Of a DNA stretch of 64,000 nt, positions 1 to 13,861 are shown one piece after another; positions within the stretch are counted from its first letter, which is position 1, and each line of letters begins with the position of its first letter. The position numbers and the translations under genes are program-made. Under the pieces are notes generated by a model. It did not search any database and was not told where the DNA came from. It saw only the letters and a program-made list of their open reading frames with translations. The stretch covers positions 130,148 through 194,147 of the forward strand of contig JAQGDQ010000446.1 of assembly GCA_030141605.1 (NCBI GenBank), written 5' to 3'. The DNA is from Tubiluchus corallicola. Its lineage: Eukaryota > Animalia > Priapulida.

Positions 1-2
1 CC

Positions 3-1472
3 ACTCGATCACACCTACAAAATCAACTCCACAACAGAGAATTAGAACTACATCGAGTGACGACGAATCACAAAACATTAGAGAAACAACTTGAAGTGGA
101 AAAAGCAGAAAACGCTCGTTTACGTAATCAAACAGAGGCCACTGCACAGAATTTGGGATCCTTGAAATCAAACGAAGAGCTCAGAAAACACGAAACTAAC
201 ATCGGCGATCTAGAAAAGGACAAGCTGAACGAAATTACAGCTAAGAAAAGCAGAGAACTAAATAAGACACGTCATAGACTAGAGGAGCTCGAGTCAAGAT
301 GTGATAGGCTCCTTTCAGAAAAAAGAAACTTGGAAAATGAGCTGAGCACGGTGAAAATGAAATTAGCCAGATTAGAATCAGCTAACTTTTGGGGTGAGAA
401 AACAAACACGAAGTACCCTATTCAGTTGCCAGCAAGTTTGCAAGCAGCAACGACGACGACATCAACTGCCGCAAACGACATTAGCCTCAAACTAGAGAAT
501 GAACGTCTGAAGTGTACCCTTCAGATGACTGAGCAGCAAAAGAACAATGTAGGGCACGAACTATCTGCTTTGCACCGGACGGTGAATGGACTAGAAGAAG
601 AACTGCAAGGTGTAAAAGATCTAGTGAACATTTCGCGTAGAGAGATAGATGATAAGAATATTGAACTGGCTTATCACGAACATGAAAGAGATCGATTGAA
701 ACTGCACGGAGAAGCGGAAATAGATAAGATCAGAGCGAGGCTGCAGGCAAAAAATGTAGAACTGGATCAACTGGCAAACCTATTTCAGATGTCACAGGTA
801 AGACTGCAAGAATCACAATCTCGCATTGAAGCACTGAACGAACAAGGTCAAGCCCAGACAAAGGAGATGACAAGTATGCTAATAAATACAGAAAAACTGA
901 CACAACAACTACAGTTCACCAAGGAGAGGCAAAAGCTGGCAGAAGACTTGTACCAGTCTTTGCGAGGTCAGTTTGACTCATCGCAAGCCAAGATGGCAGA
1001 AATCAGCAAAGAGAACGCAGATTTAAAAAACGAACTGAACCGTTGGCGGTCTACTGCCCAAGAATTACGTATAAATCTGGAAACAAATAATCGTGAAAGA
1101 GCAACCCTAAGCGAACAGCTAGAAACAGTGCAGACCGAAGCACGCAATGTTGAGGAACAAGCGCTGGCAAAATCCTCCCGGAGAAAACACACGTTCCAGA
1201 AGCGGATCTCAGAACTGGAATCCGAGGTCAGCCGTTGGAAAGCCGAGTGTCTCGCAATGAAAACGGCAAAGGAAGAGACAGAGCGGAGCTTGTCGTCGCG
1301 TCTCTCAGACATCCAAGAAAAATACGAGACGCTGAGCTCAAGCAGCAAGGGCATGACAGATTATATTAACTTTGTGAAGTCATCTTATGCCAGTGTGTTC
1401 CAAGACCCTCTGGTTTCCAGTAGCACACCAGTTAAAACTCAAGGAGCAGATTCAGGTGTACATCAATTGTAG
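3..1472 (+). CDS. ODF2: ODF2/cenexin-like long coiled-coil protein, 5'-truncated by the window edge, no intron within the window
   Basis: The frame of the 57..1472 ORF is open from position 3 (TRSHLQNQLHNRELELHRV...). Heptad-rich E/K/L/Q sequence throughout. C-terminal LSDIQEKYETLSSSSKGMTDYINFVKSSYASVFQD resembles the ODF2/cenexin C-terminus as I recall it (..RSMQNYVQFLKSSYANVFGD). TAG stop at 1470-1472, AATAAA at 1511-1516. Confidence 0.75.
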   Translation, partial: TRSHLQNQLHNRELELHRVTTNHKTLEKQLEVEKAENARLRNQTEATAQNLGSLKSNEELRKHETNIGDLEKDKLNEITAKKSRELNKTRHRLEELESRCDRLLSEKRNLENELSTVKMKLARLESANFWGEKTNTKYPIQLPASLQAATTTTSTAANDISLKLENERLKCTLQMTEQQKNNVGHELSALHRTVNGLEEELQGVKDLVNISRREIDDKNIELAYHEHERDRLKLHGEAEIDKIRARLQAKNVELDQLANLFQMSQVRLQESQSRIEALNEQGQAQTKEMTSMLINTEKLTQQLQFTKERQKLAEDLYQSLRGQFDSSQAKMAEISKENADLKNELNRWRSTAQELRINLETNNRERATLSEQLETVQTEARNVEEQALAKSSRRKHTFQKRISELESEVSRWKAECLAMKTAKEETERSLSSRLSDIQEKYETLSSSSKGMTDYINFVKSSYASVFQDPLVSSSTPVKTQGADSGVHQL

Positions 1473-1604
1473 TCCGAGTGATAATTTCTCTGACAGGTAA
1501 GAACAGGTGAAATAAACGACATTCTTTCAGCACTGTTTGAAATACTTGGGTATTTTTCTTCTGGAATTTCAGATGGTAATGTAAGTGTAAGAGTCCTAGT
1601 AAAT

Positions 1605-2096
1605 CAGGGGTGTGCAAATTATCTGACTAGCCGGGCCACATTAAACTTTCCTGCAATTCCTGCGGGCCACAGGCAGTTTGATCGAGGAGCCAAGTACAGA
1701 AAGGCCTAATAACGATTTTTTGCATCCGACCTGCGTACATCATTACTACTGGACTCAAGAAACTATTTTAGAAGTTATTAAAATTTATATTACAAACCAT
1801 ATATTTCTACTTTCAGAACAGATAGTGGTAATTTCATTACAATGCATACTAGTAATGTGTATCGCACAGTCTGTGTAGTACAGTGACATTAAGCTACAAC
1901 CGTCTTGTAAGGGTTAATGGCATCCGATCTAGTAGAAAAAACTACCCGCACTATCTTTGGGATCGTGGCACGGACTTCAGTAGGATACACTCAATTAATC
2001 GCCCAGGCCGCACTTTCATTAGGTTGACAAATCTCTTCGCGGGCCGCACAAATTCTCTCGGCAGGCCGCAAGTGGCCCGCAATTCGCACACCCTTG
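1605..2096 (+). mobile_element. hAT-type MITE family A, copy 1
   Basis: TIR CAGGGGTGTGCAAATT; 8-bp TSD tagtaaat/tagtaaag; six copies in the window. Confidence 0.9.
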
Positions 2097-2847
2097 TAGT
2101 AAAGAGTACGATCCGTCTGTTTTCTGTACAATCTTACCCTGTTTACAGCACAAAATGTACACGACACCAATGAGTACCTTGAGACTAACCCTGAAACCAT
2201 GTTTTAATTTTATCAGCTTGGATAAATACATTGAAATAAGCCTACAAAATAAATTGAAATTTTTGATAAGTACTACAAGACTAAATAAATTCTCATGTGC
2301 CTCTTTTGTGTTTTGAAACCTGTACAAGTTTTGGCAAATCTGATACACAAACAATGGAAAATGTAATTTGGCTTGTCACACAATTTAATTAGTATCTTTC
2401 TCGTGTAGAACACTACTTATCATCTTTTGACTTGTTTGTTCTCTATGCATATTTTCACTTAACACAAACAAATACCTGTATCCACTATAACAGACATTAC
2501 TCTGGCCGGCTTCTGTTACGCTACACACTAATTTAGTGTTGGTAAGATTTTTTTTTAACTACTACGTCTACGAAAGTTAATATTTGTCCACCAAGAAGGA
2601 ACGTTTTTGCAAATTCTAGTAAATCATCAAAGAATGCTGCAGCTTTACCAAAATGGTGACCAACATGGTTCTGACGTCACTGTTTATAAATCAATAATAG
2701 GAAGTTCATGTCTCTGCATTATTGTTCAGGTACAGGTCTGTCTTTGTGAACCTGGCCTATAGATAATGTCCCTCTTCCACGCTGTTCTTGCAAACATAAC
2801 CTGTGGCAATGCTCCCAGTCCACTCTGCCCATGTAAACCTGACCCCC

Positions 2848-2864
2848 CTCTCTCTCTCTTTCTT

Positions 2865-2928
<64 letters not shown>

Positions 2929-2953
2929 ATTCTCTCTCTATCTCTCTATCTCT

Positions 2954-3029
<76 letters not shown>

Positions 3030-3052
3030 ATTCTCTCTCTATCTCTGCTCTC

Positions 3053-3139
<87 letters not shown>

Positions 3140-3150
3140 CTCTCTTCTCA
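2848..3150. repeat. (CT)n microsatellite
   Basis: Directly visible. Confidence 0.97.
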
Positions 3151-4941
3151 CTCTGAGCACGTGCAGCACTTTACATACACCAAAATTATTCTTGCAAACA
3201 ATCAAATTTTTTTATAATAATGGTTGATTTACTAAATAATAGTTCCAAAAATGGCATCACAAATCCTTGGTAACAACGTTAAGTACTTAAGAAAAGTTAT
3301 TGCACAACCTATGAAATGACTCTCTTATTCAGCAATATACAGTGACCATAAGAAACACATTTACTTGGTATCCATTACAGTTCAGCTATTCCAAAGTACC
3401 ATTACAAAATATGTCAGTTAATACAAAAAGGCCAAATTAAGGTACAACATCGAAATTATCCCATATTTATCCCATCGTTTCAAGAAAAGCATTCTGTTAG
3501 GAAATTCAAGAGAAAATATTACATAACTTTTTATGTAAGTGTAATAATAATTATTTTTAAGTTACTCGCTGACGAATAACTCTATATAGCCATTTAAGGG
3601 TCCTAATTTAAAGGTTTTAATTCAGTTTGCCTGGTTTGATTTTCATTCTTGAGGTACATAACTCTGCCATTCACTCATTGAGCATCAAGGCATACTAAAT
3701 TTTCGCAAAAATCTGGTTCCATGACGACTTGTTAACATCATTCCAGGAGCAGTAAGCAAAGACAACGTAGAATGTTTGTGCATTATTGATCATCAATGGA
3801 CACGTTTGTCATTTCATACGTGTAAAATATTTGCGTTGTTGCTGCTGCTTCTTGCATGGTGTGTGTGGGGTCGTTTTTTAAAAATTATTGTGATGACTAT
3901 ACAGCACTATTGCAGAAAAAAGAACTGATGGAAGGACATCATCCAAAACAGTATGTTACTAAAATACGTGTGGTTTTTTTATAAATACGTACAAAGCAAA
4001 GCATATGTGCATGTGCAGCAAGTAAACCAATGCTTCGCATTCCAGAATAATTCTGATGGATGTTGAGATTACGGTTTCTACCACTGTGCCTGTTTCTTCT
4101 AAACAGAACCAACGAAATGCACAACGATAGTAACAGCTGATACAAATTATTTTTTGCAAACTTTTTGGTACATTTCAAAATTCGCTAGTCTCTCCTTAAA
4201 TGTGCGACTAGATCGATGGAAAATATATGAACCATAAAAAACGCACCTAATAACACAATTTAGTATCTCATTCAACAAACTTATATTATTCTTCGGAAAG
4301 TTGAATCTGATTACAAAAACAGCAAACAGACAATCCTGGCATTAAAATCCCTGAGGAAATGACCACAGTGAAACTAAAATCAACTAATAAAATACATAAT
4401 TTTGATTGAAATGCAACAAATAAAAGACTAGACACTTCATACGACTAGTTACGGGTATTACTTTTGGTTCAACGAAGAGCATTACTCAAAGTGGCTTAAT
4501 ACAAAAATGGCATAAACAACAACAAAGTTAAATTTTGCAGTAATGTACTTAACAAAATACATTTATTAATTCACAGTTTGCCGCATAATAATTTGAAATG
4601 CTCATGCTAGCAACACTGCGCTGATCATTGCATCCGCGGCATTTCTTATAGCAAACCAACATACATCACAAACAGACAAACAAAATCTGAAAACTGTTTA
4701 ACTAAAAAGGCTTAATGTCCAACCCCATACTGGTTGATACTGGCTAACAAAAATAAGTAAACAAACTATTCAAGGACAAAAACAAAAAAACAATTTCTAC
4801 GAAGTAAGTAAACAAACTATTCAAGGACAAAACAAAAAAACAATTTCTACGAAGTAAGTAAACAAACTATTTCTACAAATTCTAGAATCAAATATTTAAG
4901 TTCTAAATTAACTACTTTGTCAAACTACCAATTTGCTTAAC

Positions 4942-5722
4942 CAGTGGCGGCTCGTAGGTAAATCTTGCAAGAGCGCTGCTACAGAAAATTTGTATTCATT
5001 GTTTTAATATTGTATAAAACAAAACAAGCATATAAATAGAAAATTTATACATACATTTGTTAAAATACTAAACAATTTTTTTTACTTACTAACAGCCAAA
5101 ATTGTTACAGTTTAAGTTACATTAATCTAATGATGATGATGAGATGATGATGATGTTGAGGAGGATGAGGAGGATGATGATGTGATGATAATGTGATGAT
5201 GATGCGACGATGATGAGTTGATGATGATGAGATGGTGATGATGTGATGATGATGTGATGATGATGCGACGATGAGTTGATGATGATGAAATGGTGATGAT
5301 ATGATGATGATGTGATGATGAGATGATGATGATGAGACGATGATGAGATGATGATGATGAGGGTGAGGATGATGATGAGATGATGATGGTGAAATAAAAT
5401 TTATTCTTCTTGTTTTACTTTGCATTAATAATTTTCTTCTTGGTCATCGCTACATGTTTTCTCTCTATCTGACGTATCTTAACTAAAACATGTGCGGATG
5501 GTCGCATGCGCACAACAGCCAAACACCATGTTGCTGGAGCTGTGAATCGCACAGTGCCGTCACGTGCTCTGGTTCTGTACAAAAATTTACAGTCACGTAC
5601 AAGTATAAAGTATAAATAAAGAATTAAAGAAAAAAGACTCATTATGTTGAAAATAATCGATATTATCAAATGAAAATAGGGGGTGCTGCAGTTCCGCAGT
5701 GCCTATGCACAAGCCGCCACTG
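4942..5722. mobile_element. hAT-like MITE carrying an internal (ATG)n tract
   Basis: TIR CAGTGGCGGCT; 8-bp TSD tgcttaac/ttcttaac. Confidence 0.75.
5129..5390. repeat. (ATG)n microsatellite; similar tracts at 9195-9328 and 10748-11020
   Basis: Directly visible. Confidence 0.95.
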
Positions 5723-5972
5723 TTCTTAACCCTGTTCCCGAAATTTGGTTCAATTTTCACTCGAGTAGTGACACGAGTAACAACCACTTGGATTCGAACA
5801 TATCATGTGTGCACCAACTGAGTTGTGATTACACGAATTTTATTGGTCTAAATCATTACGTGAAATGTCTATGTATCGTCTGAAAAAGTGACATTTTTGC
5901 TTGTCAAAACAACAGACAGCGTCCTCAAAAAATGCAGGCATAATTAAAAAAATCAATTATGCCAAAACAGAT

Positions 5973-7053
5973 GTCCCTAATGCAATACACGATGACCTTT
6001 CCCACTTCTTCAAACTCGGTCAAAATCCCGGTCGTTATGTCACAATAATTGCTAAATAGAAGTCCCTAATGCAATACACGATGACCTTTTCCACTTCTTC
6101 AAATGACTCGGTCCAAATCTCATTTGTTATGTCACAATAATTGCTAAATAGAAGTCCCTAATGCAATACACGATGACCTTTCCCACTTCTTCAAATGACT
6201 CGGTCAAAATCCCGGTCGTTATGTCACAATAATTGCTAAGTCCCTAATGCAATACACGATGACCTTTCCCACTTCTTCAAATGACTCGGTCAAAATCCCG
6301 GTCGTTATGTCACAATAATTGCTAAATAGAAGTCCCTAATGCAATACACGATGACCTTTTCCACTTCTTCAAATGACTCGGTCCAAATCTCATTTGTTAT
6401 GTCACAATAATTGCTAAATAGAAGTCCCTAATGCAATACACGATGACCTTTCCCACTTCTTCAAATGACTCGGTCAAAATCGCGGTCGTTATGTCACAAT
6501 AATTGCTAAACAGAAGTCCCTAATTGCAATACACGATGACCTTTCCCACTTCTTCAAATGACTCGGTCAAAATCCCGGTCGTTATGTCACAATAATTGCT
6601 AAACAGAAGTCCCTAATGCAATACACGATGACCTTTCCCACTTCTTCAAATGACTCGGTCAAAATCCCGGTCGTTATGTCACAATAATTGCTAAACAGAA
6701 GTCCCTAATTGCAATACACGATGACCTTTCCCACTTCTTCAAATGACTCGGTCAAAATCCCGGTCATTGTGTCACAATAATTGCTAAACAGAAGTCCCTA
6801 ATGCAATACACGATGACCTTTCCCACTTCTTCAAATGACTCGGTCAAAATCCCGGTCATTGTGTCACAATAATTGCTAAATAGAAGTCCCTAATGCAATA
6901 CACGATGACCTTTCCCACTTCTTCAGACTCGGTCAAAATCCTGGTCGTTATGTCACAATAATTGCTAAGTCCCTAATGCAATACACGATGACCTTTCCCA
7001 CTTCTTCAAATGACTCGGTCAAAATCCCATTTGTTATGTCACAATAATTGCTA
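5973..7053. repeat. 92-bp minisatellite, ~12 copies
   Basis: Unit gtccctaatgcaatacacgatgacctttcccacttcttcaaatgactcggtcaaaatcccggtcgttatgtcacaataattgctaaatagaa. Confidence 0.95.
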
Positions 7054-7297
7054 ACAGTGCCACTGCCCAAGGACAAATTGAACCAAGATAGTCAAAAAAT
7101 ACTATACTATAATAAACAGCTGTCAATACATCAACTCACTAATAAATACAAATACCTCAATACTAACATCAATAGTACAGTCTAAAAGTAGGACAATTAA
7201 AAAACATCATATATGTAAAATAACAAATTCTAAATAATCGTTGATTGTCAGTAAGACGTATAAAAGACAATGGTCAGCAATCACACCACCATCTCAT

Positions 7298-7411
7298 TTA
7301 ATTGCCAATAGACTGTTCCACCTCCTTCATAACTCGGAGGCACAACTCCTCTCTCCAAGGCAGAGTTACGCACTGCACTCCAATGGGTAAACCAACTGCA
7401 CCTTTCGTAGC
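7298..7411 (-). CDS. FAAH: FAAH-like exon 16 (terminal)
   Basis: ttgcag|ATKGAVGLPIGVQCVTLPWREELCLRVMKEVEQSIGN-TAA. Confidence 0.95.
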   Translation of the reverse strand, partial: ATKGAVGLPIGVQCVTLPWREELCLRVMKEVEQSIGN

Positions 7412-9252
7412 CTGCAAACACAGTGATAACTTCTGCATAAGATTTACACGGAATATCAAGCGACAGTATGCATACCAAAAGACAATGTTAAGTTTCTTAA
7501 ACGGGTTCTACAGGTTTTACACATCAAATGTAGATTTAGGCAATTCAAATGTGTCTTGGTAACTCAAAGGTAGACTTAGGTAGTTCAAATGTGTCTTGGT
7601 AACTCAAATGTAGACTTAGGTAGTTCAAATGTGTTAACAATGGTTTTCAACAAATCTTAAGCGCTTTTGGTAAATCAAATGTAGACACATGTCAAGTCAA
7701 ATGTCACATTGGTATCTCAAATGTGGATAGGTGGTAACGCTTAAAGATGTTAAATTTAATCTCCTTTAATTCCTATGTCTACATTTGACTTACCTAAGTC
7801 ACATTTGAACTTTCCTATGTCTACATTTGACTTAGCTAAGTCACATTTGAACTTTCCTGTGTCTACATTTGACTTACCTAAGTCACATTTGAACTTTCCT
7901 ATGTCTACATTTGACTTACCTAAGTCACATTTGAACTTTCCTATGTCTACATTTGACTTACCTAAGTCACATTTGAACTTTCCTGTGTCTACATTTGACT
8001 TACCTAAGTCACATTTGAACTTTCCTATGTCTACATTTGACTTACCTAAGTCACATTTGAACTTTCCTATATCTACATTTGACTTACCTAAGTCACATTT
8101 GAACTTTCCTATGTCTACATTTGACTTACCTAAGTCACATTTGAACTTTCCTGTGTCTACATTTGACTTACCTAAGTCACATTTGAACTTTCCTATGTCT
8201 ACATTTGACTTACCTAAGTCACATTTGAACTTTCCTGTGTCTACATTTGACTTACCTAAGTCACATTTGAAGTTTACTGTGTCTACATTTGACTTACCTA
8301 AGTCACATTTGAACTTTCCTATGTCTACATTTGACTTACCTAAGTCACATTTGAACTTTCCTGTGTCTACATTTGACGTGTAAAACCTATAAACTGGTCA
8401 ACAGGTAAATGGAATCAATTAGTAAAGGAACAATTTTAATGTTTCCTGGCAATTTCATTAGAACAAAGATTTGAAAGCTGTTCTGAACTGTGCGAGAGAA
8501 ACTGAAAAAATTTCAGTGCTTCTTGGGTAATCTAAAACAGCTTTCAAACTTTTGTTCTAGTGAAAGTATCACGGAACTTTATTCCAGAGGCGTAGCAAAA
8601 GGGAGGCGACAGGGGGCAATAATCCCCGGGTGCAACGGTGAGGGGGACGAAATTCTTCTAGAGTTTAATAACTGTAAATTATTAATTATTAATCCGACAT
8701 TAGCAATTAACAAATTTTAAAGTTTTCAAACTACAACAAAACTGCCTAGCCAGAAATCATCGTAGCTAACTTAATTAAATACTGCGTACAGCCTAGAAAA
8801 AAGTTAATGTTGTTACTTAACAGCGTATATAGAGGGCTGCACTTGGCTTAGCAGACTGTTAAACGACTTGTGTTAGAGCAATTCCAACACATAGAAACGA
8901 GCAGTACCACAAATCAAACTCGAGTTGGTTGTTAGGAAAAATTTGTTTGTCCCATCATGTCGAAAGGGAAGTGCTCAGGGATACAAAAAGTGTGCACAAT
9001 TCATGGCTTCACCCACGAAACAAGTGATCAAAACATTAAAAGGGTACGGCACCCGAGGTTTTTCCACCAGCAGGCACCACAAGCACTTGCTACGCCACTG
9101 GATTGTTCCTCCTTTAATTGTTATTGAGATTATACAAAAGTGAGTATTAATGTAACTTAACTGTACCTGCAAATAAAGGAAAATAAGGAATTATAATGAT
9201 GATGATGATGACATGATGATGATGTGATGATGATGAGATGATGATGATGATG

Positions 9253-9295
<43 letters not shown>

Positions 9296-12200
9296 GATGA
9301 TGATGAGGAGGAAGAGGGTGAGGATGGTGTAAAAAACAGTATCTGGAATTCGGTACATGCTATAGTTTTCTAGGGTAAGAGAGAAATTACTTTTCTGTCA
9401 TAATGCAAATAGGTACACTACACTCTCTACTCGCATTCGCGGCTCTACAGGATTTAATAGAAACACGTTTGCATAATAGACTGCATTTCTTTACTGAAAT
9501 CGACATAATCATGTCAACCGATAGCTTTACAAACAAAACAGTAAAAACAGCACATGCCATTAGATAGTTTTCAATGTGACATGAATGCTTAATGTGACAG
9601 ATAATGAAATATTTTTAGTGAAATATACGACCATCTCTGAAAGCCACTCATCAATGAAGTTGTTCTCATAAAACAACCGAACATTCACCAATAATTACCT
9701 AAACACTTCAGAAATCTGCAAGCCACTATCCAACATACACCTACTTAATGGAGATAATTGACACAGGGCCAAAACACAGTTAACTATCTCGACTCTAAGT
9801 ACGTAAGTAAGTAAGTACGTATGTAAGTATATTTGCACTGAACTGGCAAAGTTGTTTTAGTCATTTTTAAACGTCTACACAACCTTCCTACGTAAATAAA
9901 TACAGTCAACCCTCGTTAAACCGGACTAATTGGGGGGGGGGGGTGACCCGGTTTGGCCGATTGTCTGATTTATCGGATATGCCTATATATGGTCTATATT
10001 AAACAGGAATAATCACCTTAATAAGCCCTATATACATTGCACTATATACTGTGCACTATATACTATACTGTATATTACTTGAAAATAGTTAACCTGTGAG
10101 GATAAAGAAATTATTGTACAGTTGCTAGGCCGCGTTGTGTTTAGCGCTCCGGCTCGGGCGGAAATCGGTCAGTTTCCTTTACCACGGATGACGTCCGTCT
10201 TATCCGATATCAGGGTTAACGGGGTCCGGTTTAACGAGGGTCGACTGTAGCCTCAAGAAATAGTTTACTCTGTCGTCACCCATCCATTGACTGACCAGGC
10301 TTGGTGTTGAATAATTGACTTCACCGCAATGTAGAGCTAACATCACAGTCACTAAAATCACAGTCACTAACATCACAGTCACTAACATCACAGTCACTAA
10401 CATCACAGTCACTAACATCACAGTCACTAACATCACAGTCACTAAAATCACAGTCACTAACATCACAGTCACTAACATCACAGTCACTAGCACAACTTGA
10501 ATGAAACAAGCAAAGCAACAAGAGCTTACCATTTTAATTTTCCAATCAATCGGATCTTTCTGCGGATAAGACTTCAAGTTCTCTTGATCTTTTGCCGTCT
10601 CCACGGTGACCGGCACTACTCCGGCCGGAAAATCGAGCAGGTTGTACAAAATCGTGTAGGCGGCAGCAGCTGAGTGAGAAAATAAAGAAATGAACATTAC
10701 TAAGTTGCTGCTGCTAGGAAAAGCTGGGAACTTTTAAAGAAACTCTCATGATGATGATGATGATGTGATGATGATGATGTGGAGGATGATGATGATGGTG
10801 ATGATGATAATGATGTGATGATGATGTGATGATGATGTGATGATGATGATGTGGAGGAGGATGAGGATGAGGATGATGATGTGATGATGATGATGTGGAG
10901 GAGGATGAGGATGAGGATGATGATGGTGATGATGATGATGTGATGATGATGAGATGACGAGATGATGATGAGATGATGATGAGATGATGATGATGATGAG
11001 GATGATGATGATGATGATGGTGCAAGAGCACAAAATGTAAGAAGAAAATAGCAACAGAAGTAAGTAAACTTAATCTTCAGTTTTGTTTCAAAACCCAGAA
11101 TTAGTTGAATTGTTAAGTAATTTCAAAGCTATGCTCAAGACAGTCAATTTTTAAATTCACAGTTAAATAATAATTTATTTACATAATCCTAATAGCTTAA
11201 AGGAAAACCAGACCAAATCTTAAACTGTAGGTCTAAACAACTCTTTAAAATATTGGGAACACATTTTTTTTCAAGGACTTGTGAAATAATTCTGCAAGAA
11301 TCCAATTTTGCATTTCTTGCTACTAGTTCTTTGCTGTTGCATGCAGTTCGCCATTTGTTAGTTAGACAGGCACTAGCGCCTGCATTTCGGAAAGAGGTTA
11401 CACAAAAAACAGGTGCTGTACCGCTAAGGTCTGGGGTATTCATTTGTGACGCAGTGCACACTTGCCCAGTTTTAGCATAACACACTGAATATCTTAAACG
11501 GTAGCACTTTGCTTCAATTTTCGCATTTGCAAACACGTGCAACAAGCTCGTGGAATATTTTTGCGGATGAAAATGATGGTAGTTTGTGATGTCATCAATA
11601 GTTGGGCTCGCCTGCTGTTAATTAAGTTTTTAATCCATATTCAATTATCAGAAATGCTTTGCAGTATTACTGGCATTAAAACGTATAGTTTAAAAATGAT
11701 CCTGTTTCCCTTTAAATGAAGTGGTTGGATCTATGACAGAACACATGTGGTAATACAATTACAAAGCGGAATGTTATCTCTCAGGCTAGCTTGGGTACAG
11801 TGAAGCCACGTGTGTTGATTCTAGAGCGTCATTATTCATTTTTGCATTACCTGTAGAGTTTGTTTGACATGTTTGGCCGCTCTTGTATGAGAGGTTAGGT
11901 AACCTTAGAATAGGATCAAATCCTGTTTTAGTGGTATAGAGGTCAGTAGATGTGTGGTCAGTTTGCCACTGTTGTAAAATCAGTATGTCTCTGTTGATTT
12001 TTGAAAACTAGCTTAAAGTTTTTTCTACGGATCCTCAAACGTTTGTAAGTTCATATGTTTCTTCATTTTTATGCAAAGCTTTGCAGTAATTTATTTGTCA
12101 GTTTAATAGTTTCTGATAGTGTTACAGTGATGCCTAATTATTGATTTTTGCAACTGCATATGCATATGTGTGTTTTTGTGTAGGCGTGCATGTTGATTTG

Positions 12201-13768
12201 GGATATGTCAGGAAGTTTATTTATTAGTAAATTCTGCTTCAGTGTGCTTGTTAAGCTTTTTAATTTGCTAATGCTTGTTCCTTTTTTATTTTTTGCACGT
12301 CTGTTATTGATTTATTTTTGTTTGATGTTCTTTTTTCTTCTTTCTATTGCAGTTTCACTTTTTACAAAGAGTGGAAAATAAAATCTGTAAAACAAATAAC
12401 CAGTTTTCCACACGGAATATTCACTGTACATTGCATCATCAATTCAGCATCCCCACAATGACATGTAATTGTGTCGACAAACATCTTGAAAGGTCCAAAC
12501 TGTTACCAACCCCATGGCCTTGAACAGCTTAGTTATACAATGTAGGATGATAAACGCTAGCCGGTCACAAAACAAGCATGTAATAAGCTTAATACTCACA
12601 CGACAAATGCTGCGGATATTCAGGAGGCGGTGCTGGAAACACACACGGCGGGCAGATAAGAGCATCCAAATTTGCGGCTTTCCAGGCTTTGATAAACTCT
12701 GATTTGTAGCTCTAACAATAAACCATGGAACAAAAATTCACAGCCAGAATCATTTTAATTAACAATTTCATAACTGATTACAAATCTGCGTAACGTCTAA
12801 TAATTACATCATAAAACATCAAACATTGTGCAGTACATTGGACATAACTGTGAGAGAATGTATAGACAAATTCAAGTTAAATTTTATCTTGTAAATGTTG
12901 TTTTTCTGAACATTAAAACATTCTCTTTTCTCTTTTGTGTTTTGAACCATATATAATTATGTTTAATGTTTGACTATACAGTCGACTCTCGTTAAACCGG
13001 ACCCCGTTAGCCCGGATATCGGATAAGACGGACGTCATCCGTGGTAAAGGAAACTGACCGATTTCCGTCCGAGCCGGAGCGCTAAACACAACACGGCCTA
13101 CCAACTGTACAATAATTTCTTTATCCTCACAGGTTAACTATTTTAAAGTAATATACAGTATAGAATATAGTGCAATGTATATAGGCCTTATTAAGGTGAT
13201 TATTCCTGTATAATATAGACCATATATAGGCATATCGGATAAATCGGACAATCGGCTAAACCGGATCCCCCCCAATTAGTCCGGTTTAACGAGGGTTGAC
13301 TGTAATTAAGAACGACTGGTTTTTGGTTTTTGGTTTTTTTGCTGTTGTAGTATTTTTGTTTTTTGCATTTATGGACGTTTATGTATTTTTTAATAGTTGT
13401 GTTTTGTTGCCATTGGCGTCGTTTTGTTTACTATTTTTTCTGAGTAGGGTGGTTGAATCGCTAGCCTTTGGTTCTTCGCCACCATTTCTCCCATGTTCAT
13501 TTGTATTTTTGTGTATTTTATTGTTAAACTATTGTAAGTTTATGGAGAAAAATAAATTACTTTACTTATTCACTCAGTCACTCACTCACTCACTCACTTA
13601 CTAATTTACTCACTTACTTACTCACTCACTCACTCACTCACTCACTCACTCACTAACTTACTAATTTACTCACTTACTTACTTACTCACTCACTCACTTA
13701 CTTACTTACTCACTCACTTATCACTCACTCACTCTCACTCACTCACTCACTCACTCACTAATTTACTC

Positions 13769-13861
<93 letters not shown>

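Noticed and set aside
968-1354. 128-aa antisense ORF
   Set aside because: Shadow frame of the coiled-coil CDS.
1883-2173. Recurrent small ORF MTLSYNRLVRVNGIRSSRKNYPHYLWD (also 16373, 20319, 38380) and MVGRVVFSAPARTEIG (12913, 57459)
   Set aside because: They recur because they lie inside MITE copies; lengths and frames vary and there are no transposase motifs.
2766-3227. LS/ER-rich ORFs (also 29244-29692 and 44843-45144) and His/Ser/Ile-rich ORFs (5117-5425, 10714-11054)
   Set aside because: Translations of (CT)n, (GA)n and (ATG)n microsatellites.
7775-8383. 202-aa repeat protein (MSTFDLPKSHLNFP)n
   Set aside because: Near-identical DNA units without synonymous divergence, inside a foldback element in an FAAH intron; the frame is open by chance because 42 is divisible by 3.
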